A stretch of DNA of 64,000 nucleotides from Mustelus asterias (GCF_964213995.1 NC_135807.1:121830001-121894000), one strand, 5' to 3'. Shown: positions 12,685 to 25,796, counted from the stretch's first letter. Numbers and translations are program-made. Notes: generated by a model not told the origin, from the sequence alone.

Positions 12685-13002
12685 GGGCAGCACGGTGGCA
12701 CAGTGGTTAGCACTGTTGCCTCACAGCATCAGGAACCCGGATTGAATTCCGGCCTCAGGTGACTGTCTGTGTGGAGTTTGCATGTTCTCGCTTTGTCTGC
12801 GTGGTTTCCTCCGGGTTTTCAGATTTCCTCCAACAGTCCAAAGATGTGCGGGTTAGGTTGGCCGTGCTAAATTGCCCCATAGTGTCAGGGGGATAAGCAG
12901 GATAAATGCATTGGTTTGCGGGGATGGGGCTTGGGTGGAATTGTGGCCGGTGCAGACTCGATGGGCCAAATGGCCTCCTTCTGCATTGTAGGGATTCTAT
13001 GA
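12685..13002 (+). mobile_element. V-SINE (HE1-like), full length, CR1-type tail
   Basis: GGGCAGCACGGTGGCACAGTGGTTAGCA head, V-domain, and tail ...ctgcattgtagggattctatga. Confidence 0.85.
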
Positions 13003-14194
13003 AACTTCTAAATCCTTTTACTGGGTCACCTCTCAGCTTTTTTCAAGAGAAAAAGGGACCTAGCCTGTCAGCCCATCCCTGATGTGCATTTCTGGTATCA
13101 TCTTTGTAAGTCTTTTCTGCCCCCTCTCCAGAGCCTCTACATCCTTTTTATAATATGCCAACCAGAACTGCACGCAGTACTCTGTTGTCTAACCAAGACT
13201 CAATACAGATTTGGCATACCTTCTTTAATTTTCAGTTCTATCCCTCTAGAAATAAAGCGTGGTGCTCAGTTTATGGCCTTGCAAATCCGTGGCCCAACTT
13301 GACCTATTGATTGATCTATTTGTACTCCAAGATATCTTTGTTCCTGTACCCCATTTAGACGTGCTCCTTCCAAGTGAGAAGTGACCTTTTTATTCTTCCT
13401 ACAAAAATGCACTACCACACATTCAATTGTATTGAATTTCATTTGCCAATTATTTGCCCATCCTGCAAGATTTTCTTAATATCTTTCCCTGTAATTATGT
13501 TTTGGATTTCAAAGTCCAAATTGATAATTGAATTGTGAACAGCAGTTATCCCAGTGCAGATACTTTGTGGAACACCACTTCCTATGTTCTGCCACTCTGA
13601 GAAAATACCTTTTATTATTACTCTGCTTTCTGTCTTGGAGCCAGCTAGCAATCCATTCTCCCTCTTCCCTCTTGACTCCACATTCTCTGACCTTGTTCAT
13701 CAGTGCATGGTGGGGCACACTGCTGCCACCCTGTACTGGTGGTGGAGGGAGTGAATATTTAAGATGATGGATATGGTGCCAATCAGGCTGCATTGTCCTA
13801 AATGGTGTTGATTCTTGAGTGATGGAGCTGCACTCATGCAGACGTGTGGATATCTCCAGTTATCCATGGCGAGCACAAATAACGCCTAATGAAGTTTGTC
13901 AATAGAAAGTAACACATTTAAGCTTTTGTCATGAAACTGTCATGGGAAATTAAATTGGATGTTAGGTTTACTAACCATAGTTTGTATGTTTGAATTTAAT
14001 GTGTTTACTGATAAACTTCAAATTTGACATTATTACAACTGGTTAGTTCAAAATATGACATGTAACTGTCTGTATATTTAAAAAAACCTGAGGAGAAACT
14101 GTCTAAACTAATGAAGCACAAAACCTCTGGACTATATAATTATTCACATTTGGTTAATTGTCTTTCAGTTTAACCACCTGAGCACCTGATAGAA

Positions 14195-14255
14195 ATGGAT
14201 GCGCAGAAGGACTTGCAGCCTCCGAAACAACAACCCATGGTCTATATTTGTGGAG
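14195..14255 (+). CDS. POLR2K: RNA polymerase I/II/III subunit RPABC4 (RPB12), coding exon 1 (exon starts 14169)
   Basis: [20 protein letters not shown]; acceptor tctttcag|, donor GAG|GTAATA. Confidence 0.97.
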
Positions 14256-14919
14256 GTAATAATCACAACCTGGACTACAATTTTGAATAACAAAACAGAT
14301 TGTTGTGTTACTTCTTGGATCTTAAGTCAATTCTATGATCCAATTAAAGTGGTGTTTTCTTCGGTTACTTCATTCACCACTGGAGCTGTTACGAAATACA
14401 GGAGTTTTAAGGGTTGAAGGATCACCATATATGCCATGTGAAACTCCCTAGCTTCAAAGTAATGCCCATTTAATATTTGTATTTCATCCTTAGTACTGCC
14501 TTGCTTCTTTTTATCTTCGTAAGCTATCCGATTACAAAAGTGAGTCCTTGCATTTCTCCAAGACATCCAATTTGCTTTTGTCTGCATGGTGCAGAAAATG
14601 CTGGTGTGTGCCTCAGGTTTTTGTACTGCAGTATTCAACACTATTTAGGTGCCTCTCAAGGATCCGTCTCATTGTCAGACATGAATGGAAGCATGCAAAG
14701 CTCTGCTAGTAAAATCTGTCAGATTGTTTTGTGTGTGTTGTTCCAGTTGCAGGTTTGTGTCCTTGCCTAACTGTTTCCCTATTACTTAACACAGGCTGTC
14801 CTCTCTGAATCTTCCAAGTTAGTTCAAATTAAAATAAACTATGCATTCATCTGGAGTGGCAGGATACAGGCTTGCACCTCTGAATTGACAGACTTAACTA
14901 ATAGCACCGGACAGATAAT

Positions 14920-15186
14920 AAAAACAGAAAATGCTGGAAAATCTCAGCAGATCTGACAGCATTTGTGGGGAGAGAATAGAGCCAACGTTTCGAGTCGAGA
15001 TGACCCTTTGTCAGAGCTAAGAGCAAAGAGAGGTCACCTCTTAGCTCTGACAAAGGATCATCTAGCCTCGAAACATTGGCTCTATTCTCTCCCCACAGAT
15101 GCTGTCAGACTTGCTGAGATTTTCCAGCATTTTCTGTTTTTGTTTCAGATTCCAGCATCCACAGTATTTTGCTTTTATCTTAATGT
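14920..15186. mobile_element. Small palindromic Penelope-like insertion (second family)
   Basis: About 14920-15023 is inverted relative to about 15038-15141, with an extra ~45-nt tail on the right arm. TSD ACAGATAAT at 14911-14919 and 15187-15195. Hammerhead-like CUGAcaA..GAAAC in both arms. Confidence 0.85.
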
Positions 15187-16220
15187 ACAGATAATGTTGT
15201 GTTTCACTTTTTGTAGGGGAGTGGTGTTAGAGGAAGAAACGATGAGTTATCAGGTTGGTCTGATGTATCTTTTAGTGACTAGCTTAAGAACAGCCTACAC
15301 AGTAACTGGACACCAGGTGGTTATAGTTGAGTGCCTGTACAGGAGGAAGAGAAAAGAGTTGCATGTGTATTGTGGTTCCTGCAATAGGTAAGATTGGATG
15401 GAGGGGGAAAAAGCCTCCTGCCCGAAGCTTCAGTGGAAATGTCCTGTAGTATAAATTGACATGGCATTTGTTTTGTAGCATTGTTGCTAATGACTGCCCT
15501 GATTTTAATGATGGAATGGGACTGCTGCAATTGAAAGCATTGAGATTCAACTAAACAACACCTATTTCTGATTGGTTTGCACAACCTTCTCCATCCATTG
15601 GGGTAGGCCTGGCGTTAGGAACTGTGGAATGTTTCCAGTGCTTTGGAAGAATACGTAATAGGTGCCTAGGATATTAAAACCTACTTTACAGCATAACATG
15701 GGATAGCGAGCACAGTACATAATTGTTTTCCAAACATTTGATTTTGACATCAAGGGGAAAAAATTGGAAACGGTTTGAATAATTTTAAATTTTGTAGTTC
15801 TTTTGGTGTTACTTTGGAGGAAGTTTAATGCAATCTGAGTTATTGGTCCAGCCACAACACCCATAATATATCTAATTATAAATATGTAAAATTGGTTTTC
15901 CTGTAGCTAAAATGTATTTTCCTTAGTAAAATTTGTGACCCTAGATGGACAAAAGTATCAGGAAAAATATCCTGTACCATGTTGTAGATGTTGCACATGA
16001 TCTAAATTACAAGAGCTTACCTTGAATATGCCAACTTCAATACTAGTGTCCATTTTGTGAGGTAAATGAATTGTTATCTTCTCATTTGATGCTTTATTTG
16101 GTACGTTGTTTACAATCAGAACTTGCTTTTTAAAGGCTATATTTGCTGTTAGATCAAAATACCAATTTCTAATGGAGCTTCATTGCTATGTATTGGAGGT
16201 GCTAAATTGTCTTGCTTAAT

Positions 16221-16405
16221 TAAAGGTAAAGTCACCATATTCCCAGAAGGTGCTCTGGTGGTGATTTTAACCTGAGAATCACCACACCTCAGGGGAGGGG
16301 AAAAGTTGAGAATGCGGGCCTTTATGAATAACCGAAGCTGGTACGAGAATTGAACCTGCACTGTTGGCATTGCTGTATATCACAAATCGGCAGTCTTAAT
16401 TGGCA
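16221..16405 (-). mobile_element. tRNA-derived SINE with ctttaccttt tail
   Basis: B-box GGTTCAATTC on the minus strand; short-repeat tail. Confidence 0.5.
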
Positions 16406-16647
16406 CCAATACCAGTGAGTAGATTTGTCAGTATAAAGTGGTAACAGGACTTTTTGCCAAATGTCTGACTCGTTCCTCCAGCTGGCATAACATTCATTCA
16501 TCAAGCTAATCTGTTTCTGCATGTAGACAGGGAAGTACATGAGCAACATTTAACATTCACGCACCCTACTTAAAAAATAAAATGAAGAAGGTACCAATAT
16601 AATTGAGGTTGAATTTGAATATTGAGCCATTTGTTTACTTATTACAG

Positions 16648-16740
16648 AATGTCATACTGAAAATGAAATTAAAGCCAGAGATCCTATCCGATGCCGAGAA
16701 TGTGGTTACAGAATAATGTACAAGAAGAGAACAAAAAGAT
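16648..16740 (+). CDS. POLR2K: POLR2K coding exon 2 (Zn ribbon)
   Basis: [31 protein letters not shown]; 93 nt, in frame with the neighbouring exons. Confidence 0.98.
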
Positions 16741-17079
16741 GTATCCTTAAACATTGTAGCATATAACTATTTAATGTCTTATTGTTTTGCTTCTTTTGGA
16801 AAATATATGGCGTGCATTTGGAGATCAAGGTGATCCCATCTATCATTGGAATCTTTTCCCTTGTGCAGATAGTTTTATTAAAGATACCAGAGTTTAGTCT
16901 CCTTTGCTTGCTGAATTTAGAGTGGACTAATGCTATTGAAACAGTTGCCTGTCTTTTACTTTTATTTGGATAAATTGTGTTGCCCACAGAACAGCCTAAA
17001 TTTCTGTACTAATGTGAAAGAAGTGGGACACCAAGGTTGAAGTAAAAGAATTGGGTTGTCAGCAAAGGGGAAGAGACTG

Positions 17080-17400
17080 AAGATTTTTTCTCAACTTGGC
17101 ACAGTGATAACACTTCACCTTTGCTTTATAAGGTCTTTCAAACCTGTTCCAGAAATTAAGGCAAATAATCCAGGATGATACTTTATTGCTGGACTGGGGC
17201 AATACTGCCTTATCTGGGATGACAATCTTCGGATGAGACATTGAAACTTTAATGTCCACTCGAGAAATTTTGTGGCATTATTCGAAAATGAGAAGAGCAG
17301 TTCTCCAATGTCCTGGCCAACGTTTAACCAACACCACTAAAATAGATTGTCGGGTTGTTTATCTCATTGTATGGGTTCTTGTGTGCACATAGGGGACCAA
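17080..17400 (+). mobile_element. Degenerate Deu-domain SINE
   Basis: Similar to 58328-59438 (gtcctggccaa..., tctcattgt...tgtgtgca). Confidence 0.55.
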
Positions 17401-17739
17401 AACAGGAAGTTGCTACAAATTAGGGGTGACAGCGATGTTACAGGAGGAGAAACAAAATGGTAGGAGTGGGACATGAAGGAGTAGATGTTGATAAATGGGT
17501 ATCATGGATATAGAGTGTGAAATAAAGGTGATGGTGGAGAAAGGTCAGGCAGAAGAGTAGTGAAGTGTGGTTGATTGGCAACAATCTGCAATCTGTGGGT
17601 CTGAAACCAAATGGAAGCAAGGTAATTATAAAACTAATTGGAGACAAATAATTGGAGACAAAAAGGAAATTACAAGGTTTTGGTCAGAGATTTAGAAGTA
17701 GTCTTTCTCAACAGTACAAGACAAGGGTGATGGGAATAG

Positions 17740-19330
17740 ATCTGATTTGATTTATTATTGTCATATGTATTGGTATAGTGAAAAATATTGTTTCTTGTGC
17801 ACCATACAAAGCATACCATTCATAGAGTACATAGGGGAGAAAGAAAGGAGAGGGTACAGAATATAGTGTTACAGTCATAGCTAGGGTGTAGAGAAAGATC
17901 AACTTAATATAAGCCCGGTCCATTCAAAAGTCTGTTTGCAGCAGGGAAGAAGCTGTTCTGGAGTTGGTTGGTATGTGATGTCAGATTTATGCATCTTTTT
18001 CTCGGCAGAAGAAAATGGAAGAGAGTATGTCTGGGGTGCGTGGGGTCCTTGATTATGCTGGCTGCTTTTCCAAGGCAGCGGGAAGTGTAGACGGAGACAA
18101 TGGATGCGAGGCTGGTTTGCGTGATGGATTGGTCTATGTTCACAACCCTTTGTAGTTTCTTGGAGCTATATCAAGCTGTGATACCTCCAGAAAGGATGCT
18201 TTCTATGGTGCATCTGTAAAAAGTTGAGAGAGTCATAGCGGACATGCTGAATTTCCTCAGCCTCCTGAGAAAGTAGAGGGTCTGGTAGGCTTTCTTAACT
18301 ATAGCATTGGCGTAGAGGGACCAGGAAAGGTTGTTGGTGATCTGGACATCTAGAAACTCGAAGTTCTTGACCATTTCCACTTCATCCCCATTGATGTAGA
18401 CAGGGGCATGTCCTCCACTATGCTTCCTGAAGTTGATGACTATCTCCTTTGTTTTACTGACATTGAGGGAGAGATTATTGTCGCCGCACCATTTCACCAG
18501 ATTTTCTATCTTTCCTGTATTCCGTCTCATCATTGTTTGAGATCCGATCCACTACAGTAGTGTCATCAGCAAGCTTGAACATCAGGTTGGAGCGGAACTT
18601 GGCCACACATTCATAAGTGTCTAAGGAGTATAGTAAGGGGCAGAGGACACAGCCTTGTGGGGCACAGGTGTTGAGGATAATAGTGGAGGAGGTGTTGTTG
18701 CCTAGCCTTACATTGCGGTCTATGGGTTAGGAAGTCTAGGATCCAGTCACAGAGGAAGAAGCCGAGCCCCAGGCCACAGAGTTTGGAGATGAGTTTTGTC
18801 GGAATAATGGTGTTGGAGGCTGAGCTATAGTCACTGAATAGGAATCTGACATAAGTGACTTTGTTATCCAGGTGTTCCGGGGTTGAGTGTAGGACCAGGA
18901 GATGGTATCTGCTGTGGACCTGTTGCAGCAATAATAGGCAAACTGTAGTGGATCCAGGCAATCTGGGAGGCTGGAGTTGATCTGTGCCATGGCTAACCTT
19001 TTGAAGCATTTCATAATGATGGATGTCAGAGCCACCGGGTAATAGTCATTAAGACACGTTGCCTGGCTTTTCTTTGATCCAGGGATGATGGTCGTCGTCT
19101 TGAAGCAGGTAGGAACCTCAGATTAGTGTAAGGAGAGGTTAAAGAAGTCTGTAAATACCCCCACCAACTGGTCCACACAGGATCTGAGTGCTTGTCCAGG
19201 TATCCCAACCGGACCAGTCGCTTTCCGAGGGTTGACTTTCAAGAAGGCTGATCTGATGTCTGCGATGGTGACCTCGGATACCGGTTCGGCCCAGGTTTTC
19301 AGGGCATAAAGCGTCTTCTCGCTGACCACC
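17740..19330 (-). mobile_element. Rex1/Babar LINE, 5'-truncated and frameshifted
   Basis: [47 protein letters not shown]; (ATCAA)n tail. Confidence 0.9.
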
Positions 19331-19744
19331 TCCTCAAAAAGAGGCAAGAAGAGGTGAAGAAATGATCAAAGATACTTCTTGTCAAGCAGCTAAAGTAATA
19401 GAGTTACTCTATTTTAGAGAAGAAATATTGGCACTGTTCATCTTTGCTGCCCTCTCGCTCACATCTTTTCTATTGCTTGCTGATCAGAATGTTAATGGGA
19501 GCTACATTGAGGAAAGTGATTTGTGGAAGAAAATTTAAAATACAATATCTTAAACTAGTTTGGTGAGCTTGAAAAACTCTTGATGGAAAGTTATTTAAAA
19601 TGCCAAACATGCATACACTTTTTTTAGCTGTCAGAATAGTCAGTGCGTTATCTCTACGTTAAAACAAATTGTTTTTTCCAATTTAACTATAATTTGACTG
19701 GGAGCTTGGTACAGCAGATGGTGTTAACTGGGATACTAAATAGA

Positions 19745-20506
19745 AAGAAGTCTCACAACACCAGGTTAAAGATCAACAGGTTTATTTGGTAGCACAAGCC
19801 ACTGGCTTTCAGAGCGCTGCTCCTTCATCAGGTGAGTGGGAGTTCTGTTCACAAACAGGACACATAAAGACACAAACTCAATTTACAAAATAATGGTTGG
19901 AATGCAAGTCTTTACAGGTAATCAAGTCTTAAAGGTACAGACAATGTGAATGGAGAGTGGGTTAAGCACAGGTTATTGTCTGCAACCAGGACAGTTAGTG
20001 AGATTTTGCAAACCCAGGCAAGTCGTGGGGGTTACAGATAGTGTGACATGAACCCAAGATCCCGACACACGACAACGCAGAATCGCTGAGCAGAAACTGA
20101 TAGCCAAGTTCCACACACATGAGGACGGCCTCAACCAGGATCTTGGGTTCATGTCACACTATCTGTAACCCCCACGACCTGCCTGGGCTTGCAAAATCTC
20201 ACTAACTGTACTGGTTGGAGACAATACACACCTCTTTAACCTGTCCTTAACCCTCTCTCCACTCAGATTGTCTGTACCTTTAAGACTTGATTACCTGTAA
20301 AGACTCGCATTCCAACCAATATTTTGTCAATTGAGTTTGTGTCTTTATATGCCCTACTTGTGAACAGAACTCCCACTCACCTGAGGAAGGAGCAGTACTC
20401 TGAAAGCTTGAGGCTTGTGCTACCAAATAAACCTGTTAGACTTTAACCTGGTGTTGTGAGACGTCATACTGTGCTTACCCCAGTCCAACACCAGCATCTC
20501 CACATC
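19745..20506. mobile_element. Palindromic Penelope-like insertion
   Basis: 19745 to about 20062 is inverted relative to about 20138-20467; tail on the right arm. TSD ATACT(A/G)AATAGA at 19733-19744 and 20507-20518. Hammerhead motifs at 19800-19834 (-) and 20378-20412 (+). Confidence 0.9.
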
Positions 20507-20619
20507 ATACTGAATAGATCCAGGATTATTCATGATGTTCTGTAAAAGTTTAATACTTAGATTCCAAGTAGCTGTAGTTTCACAATTTACATTTCTTTCC
20601 TTAACCTGAACCTTTACAG

Positions 20620-20642
20620 TGGTTGTTTTTGATGCCCGATGA
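20620..20642 (+). CDS. POLR2K: POLR2K last coding exon
   Basis: LVVFDAR*; total CDS 61+93+23=177 nt (58 aa). Confidence 0.97.
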
Positions 20643-20826
20643 AATCCAGTTTTTCTTCAACTTGCACTGACAAGAATTGCTAATGTTTACCATCCAGCCT
20701 TGTCACACATGTAAATTTCACCAGGCAGAAAGAAAGGCTTTGATATTTTTATGTTAATGTAAAATATTGCTTGTATCCTTCAAAAGCTAGAATATTTGAA
20801 AGACTGATTTTGTTTTATTTGATGAA

Positions 20827-20832
20827 AATAAA
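20827..20832 (+). terminator. POLR2K: Poly(A) signal of POLR2K
   Basis: AATAAA about 185 nt after the stop; an alternative ATTAAA lies near 20933. Confidence 0.65.
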
Positions 20833-21239
20833 TGCTTCATGTAGTTGATATTTTCCCAGCTTGTTGGTCAATCAATTTCCTTTCACTTGATTATCTGCAA
20901 TATAAAAATATTAAGGCATTTCACTCAAATGCATTAAAGATCAACTGTGCAGTAAAGGAAATAACAATTTTATATCAACACAGTGGTGTTAGCGTTTGAC
21001 AAATCTTTAGTTGCCAGTAAGATGTGACATCATCCATGACATTGTTGTTCAAGACAGAATTGTTTAATTGTTTTGTGTTTTTTCAGGGTGGAAGCGGATA
21101 ACTTGAACTAAAAGGGAATTACAGAATTACAGGTGGTCAGGTTCAATTTCTTTTAATTTTTTAAATTTGTTCCTGGGATGTGGGTGTTGCTAGCAAGGCC
21201 AGCATTTAATGTCTATCCCTAATTACCCTTGAATTCACT

Positions 21240-21810
21240 CATGTCGCTACTGCATAGTAGCAGCATGATACGGCTTCACCTGTTGCTAATGCAGTAGCTG
21301 CTATGCAGAGGTGAGTAGTATTCTTCACTAACAGGATACTGCTGTCAAGCCAAAAAGATGTTCCGCCAATCACACAAAATGAGTAATGTGGTATATGAAT
21401 TTCATTGCCTGCGTGATGCCAGTTACGTAGGCTGTACATCCCAATGGCTGGCGGATCGTAGAAAACGGCTTAGAAAATTCAAAACTTAGTGTCCAACATT
21501 ACTTGGGATTGAACGGAACTTGCTGATAAGCCCAGAGAGAAGTCATGTGACCCAGCTCTTGTGTGTAGAATATTTTGGATTTGAACGAACAGAGAGTGAG
21601 ATTGCCACAGGGACAGTAGTGGTAAAAGCCTTACCCCTATCACTCTCCAACCCAATGCCTCTACCAATCAGTCTACATGCCAACCAATCAGCATTCTTTT
21701 CTCATGCAATATAAATTGTCGTTATATTTATAATTTTTATTCTTGTGAATATATCCTGATGAATGTGAGATTCTTTTTTTTCAGCAGTATAATCAAGTTC
21801 TGAACTACTA
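21240..21810 (+). mobile_element. Degenerate Penelope fragment of a third family (Poseidon-like)
   Basis: GIY-YIG motif SNVVYEFHCLRDASYVGCTSQWLADR from 21382; pLTR remnant with CUGAUGA near 21756. Confidence 0.6.
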
Positions 21811-22250
21811 TGTGTGATTAGAATCATTGTGACTCTATAAATACTGCATTTTACATATGATTTCCTTATGTTTCAACATTTAAAGCTATTTATCAAAATC
21901 TCACAAATATATGTTGCTGGTGTCACAATGATGTGCTATATAGAATATTAACTTGTGTCATATGGGTGTAATATATATTTCCACACACACACATTAAACT
22001 TTTTGTCAGGAACATTTTGTGTTAAGCAAAGGTCATTGGCCTACAGCAAGCTACTAAGTTGAATTTATGAAGGCCAAAAACCACTTCATGGAGATGGTCA
22101 ATGGAGCTCTCCAAGGCAATGGCTCAGATAAGCCCAGCGAGAGGTCACGTGACCCAGCTCTTGTGTGTAGAATATTTTGGATTTGAACGAATAGAGAGAG
22201 AGATGGCCACAGGGACAGTAGTGGCAACAGCCTTACCCCTATCACTCTCT
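21525..22250 (+). repeat. ~125-bp direct repeat (about 21525-21648 and 22127-22248)
   Basis: gataagcccag...ccttacccctatcactctc occurs twice with high identity. Confidence 0.9.
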
Positions 22251-25201
22251 GTCTCAAACCTCTCAAAGATGAGAGCTGTATTGTGGTTCAAAAATCCACC
22301 AGAAGACTTCAGTGCTGCAAACTGAGAGTTCTTCCATTTGAAGATTCCAACTCTCCACCACTGCTTCAAGAAAAGTGAGAATCAACCAGCCATGACTGCA
22401 TAGTGACTGCTTCAGTGAGAAACAAAAGGACCAGCAGCTACTGTGGAAAGTGACTTTCTGGCTGTGAACCTTCAGACAACCCGTGAATAATTTTCCTGAC
22501 CTTTTATACTTGGCTAAATTTTAAAGTGTGATATTCTGTAAAATTTGGTTTCTTTCTGTGCATGGCTGGAGGTGTGGTTGTACTTTCTGCATTAGTGGGA
22601 AGTGGGACATTTTTGCATATTGTCAAGCTTTTTATTAAAAACTTCTGCATCTTTACCTGAGTAAGTTTTAGTAACAATGCTAACTCCTTGTTAACTCGAG
22701 GCTTAATTCTTACACTGATCTATACTTAGTTATGTATACATTGAATTGGCAATTTCACCTCTTTTTAAAAATTCAAATTCTGTTATAACCAATCCAGCAG
22801 TGGACCAAGAAGTGGAGTCAGCTAATCCTCTCTAACCAAGCCGTAACAGTTATTTAGGAGTACATCTGGGATTGAACCCAGTTCTGATATAAGGTCACCT
22901 GAAATGTTAATTCTGTTTCAGTCTCCACAGATGTGCCAGACCTGCTGAATGTTTCTAGCTTCTCCTGTTTTTTTAAATTTTACCAGAATGATACATGCAC
23001 TCCAGTGATTAAATTATGAAGAGCGATGACACAAATTGGGATTGCATTGCCTGGAATTTAGAAAGTAGCTACGATTCCTGCAGAGACCAATAACTTTAAA
23101 AAGGAGATTTGAATTCCCAGTGACAGGCTCAAGGGAACATATGAGAGTTCATATTTTAAGATTTTTACTGTGACAAACACAGTGAATACAACATTGACTG
23201 AATATTACTTGGCAACCAATGCACCAAATTACAGAAAAGATATGTCTTGTAAGTTCCTACTGTGTTAGAAGGGAACTAGATTAGCCATGACCTAATTGAA
23301 ATATGTAAAACCAAGACTGAAAACTCAAATTTCGCGTTTAAACATTGCATCATTCTTTACAGAATTGTAGTCTTTAAAGCAACCAGTTCAAAGATATTCC
23401 CAGTTTCCAACAGTCTTGCTTCTCCCAGTTTTGTTGAGTTTCAACATCCTACCAGCCCTCCCGCCATTGGAATCAGAACGGGCGAGGGGTGGAGCATGGG
23501 AAGGTCTGTATTCCTTGGATGGGATTTTACGGTTTCGGGACGAGTGAGATTGTAAAATCCTGCCCCGTGTCTGTTGAAAGTAATTTCCCTTCTGAGAATC
23601 CCCAGATTGACTCCAGCGACTCCTCCCATTCTCACCAGAGTGAACCTTCATTGTCCTTAAATTTCCACAGGTTCCATCTCTTTCGGCCAAAATGTGCTCC
23701 CTCCCCTATTGTCTATGGACTTATCCCTTGCTGTTGCAATGCTATCTCCAAGACTCGCGCTGTGCAGAGTTTTTGAGCCAATAAGTCTTGAGTATAAGAC
23801 AGCAAAGCTAGCTGTCCCTTTCATTGAGTCTGGATGTAATAGTTAGCACTTGGGTTCATTAGGACTTGCTTTAGATGCCCAGTTCCCTTGGCAAGCAGGT
23901 CACATATGCTTATTGACAGGCAGAACTAATAGGTCACATACATCATTCTATCTTGAATTAGAAGAGAAAGTTTAAAACAACCACTTTATAAAAGCATGCA
24001 TTTGTAACTAAGTTAAGGGATGATTTGATTGATGGTTACTAGATCTTATGGTGAACTGATAGGGTAGTTAGAGAAACTATTTCCATTGGTTGGGGAGTAT
24101 TGGACGGAGCCTAAAACCAGGAGCTAAGTCCTTTGGAAGTGACTTAGGAAACACGTACAAAGGTGGTAGAGGTTTGGAACTCCCTTCTGCAAAAGGTAGT
24201 TAGAATTATAGAATGGTTACAGCACAGAAGGAGACCATTTGGCCTGTCAATTGTCAATGAGGAAGTGGTGTGGGGATGGGAGCAATCAAGCAAAGATCCT
24301 TGTGGTACTGCAGCAAAAATGGTGGAAGGAGAAGTCTAAACAGGCAAAAGTGAAACTAAACAAGGGCAGTCCTACTTGTGCTAGGACAATAGTGGAGTCA
24401 CTAGAGAATGGTGCAGTTGATTTAAGGATTACAGAGAAGACAAGTTGAATTAATCAGTCTCAGTCATGAAGGATGTCATTTCTGAAGGCTTAGGACCATC
24501 TCAGTGCTCGTGGAAATCTGAATGGAGAGATTCAAATATGGGAGTTAAGATGGGTGTGGATTTTGGATGCAACAAAATTTGGTGACTTTGGAAGTTGTAG
24601 ATGGAGCAGTAGTTTCCTAGGATGGGTATCACAGGTGAGTCCTGAGGAGGGGGCTGATGATGGCAGTTTTGAAAGGGAAGAGGGCAATACCTGAGGAAGA
24701 GGAGATGGAAACTTTTGAGATGCCAGTTAGCATGGGGCCAGGAAGGGAAATTTGAGTAGTAGGTTGTTTACCGGGAATGGGATGTTAAGGAAGCAGACAG
24801 TGAATCTTGTAAACAGAGACAGCTTAGAGGCCATGAGGAGAGAGAAAAGACAAGTTCGTTCTTGGGTCTTTTGGGGTAATGGGGGAGGTTTGGATTGTGA
24901 GTAAAGGGAATTGGGCCAGCGGCAAAGGCACCATGTGGAGAGCATGTGTGGTGTGAAGGCGGAAGATTAGGGTCTCCATGACAGGGCAAACTGCATCCCA
25001 GAAACAAACTGCCTGAGCCAACTGCCCCAAACATGGAATCCAGATGATTGGTCAAAACCAAAGTTGAGGATTTTGAAATTGAAATGTCGCTGGATTCATT
25101 GTTACTGTACACCAGTGAGCTGATTAATGAACAAACGAGACTTGGTGCAGATTAGAATATGAGTTGCAGAGTTTTGGATGACCTCAAATTTATGTGGGTT
25201 G

Positions 25202-25796
25202 ATGTTGAGATACTGGGGTGGGCACAGTAATAAGTCTCACAACACCAGGTTAAAGTCCAACAGATTTATTTGGAATCATGAGCTTTCGGAGCACTGCTCC
25301 TTCCTCAGGTGTGTGGAGAGTTGAGTTTGCAAACATGGCACATATAGACAGACGCAATTGCAAGATAATGGTTGGAACGTGAGTCTGCAGGTACAGACAA
25401 TGCGAGTGACGAGAGGGATAATCACAGATTAAAGAGGTGTGAATTATCTCAAGCCAGGACAGTTAGTAGGATTTTGCAAGCCTAGGCAAAATGGTGGAGG
25501 TTACATGTAGTATGACATGAACCCAAGATCCCGGTTGAGGCAGTCCTCTTGCAAGCGGAAATTGGCTATCAGTTTCTGCTCAGCGATTCTGCGTTGTGTG
25601 TCTTGAAGGCCATCTAGGAGAACACTTACCCAAAGATAGGAGGCTGAATGCCCTTGACTGCTGAAGTGTTCCCTGACAGAAAGGGAACACTCCTGCCTGG
25701 TGATTGTCACGTGGTGTCAGCTCATCCGATGTAGCGTCTGCATGTACCACATCTCAGGACATTCTTTCCTGCAGCGTATGAGGTAGATGCAACCTA
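25202..25796 (-). mobile_element. 5'-truncated Penelope with hammerhead motif (25277-25311)
   Basis: Matches the 3' end of 45903-48846. TSD TTATGT(G/A)GGTTG at 25190-25201 and 25797-25808. Confidence 0.88.

Larger units (their letters stand above)
16741..20619 (+). other. POLR2K: U12-type (minor spliceosome) GT-AG intron
   Basis: 5' splice site GTATCCTT at 16741. Branch site TTCCTTAAC at 20597-20605, a short distance upstream of the AG at 20618-20619. Confidence 0.93.

Noticed and set aside
12685-12760. tRNA gene
   Set aside because: The A/B boxes belong to SINE heads followed by the V-domain; no full cloverleaf.
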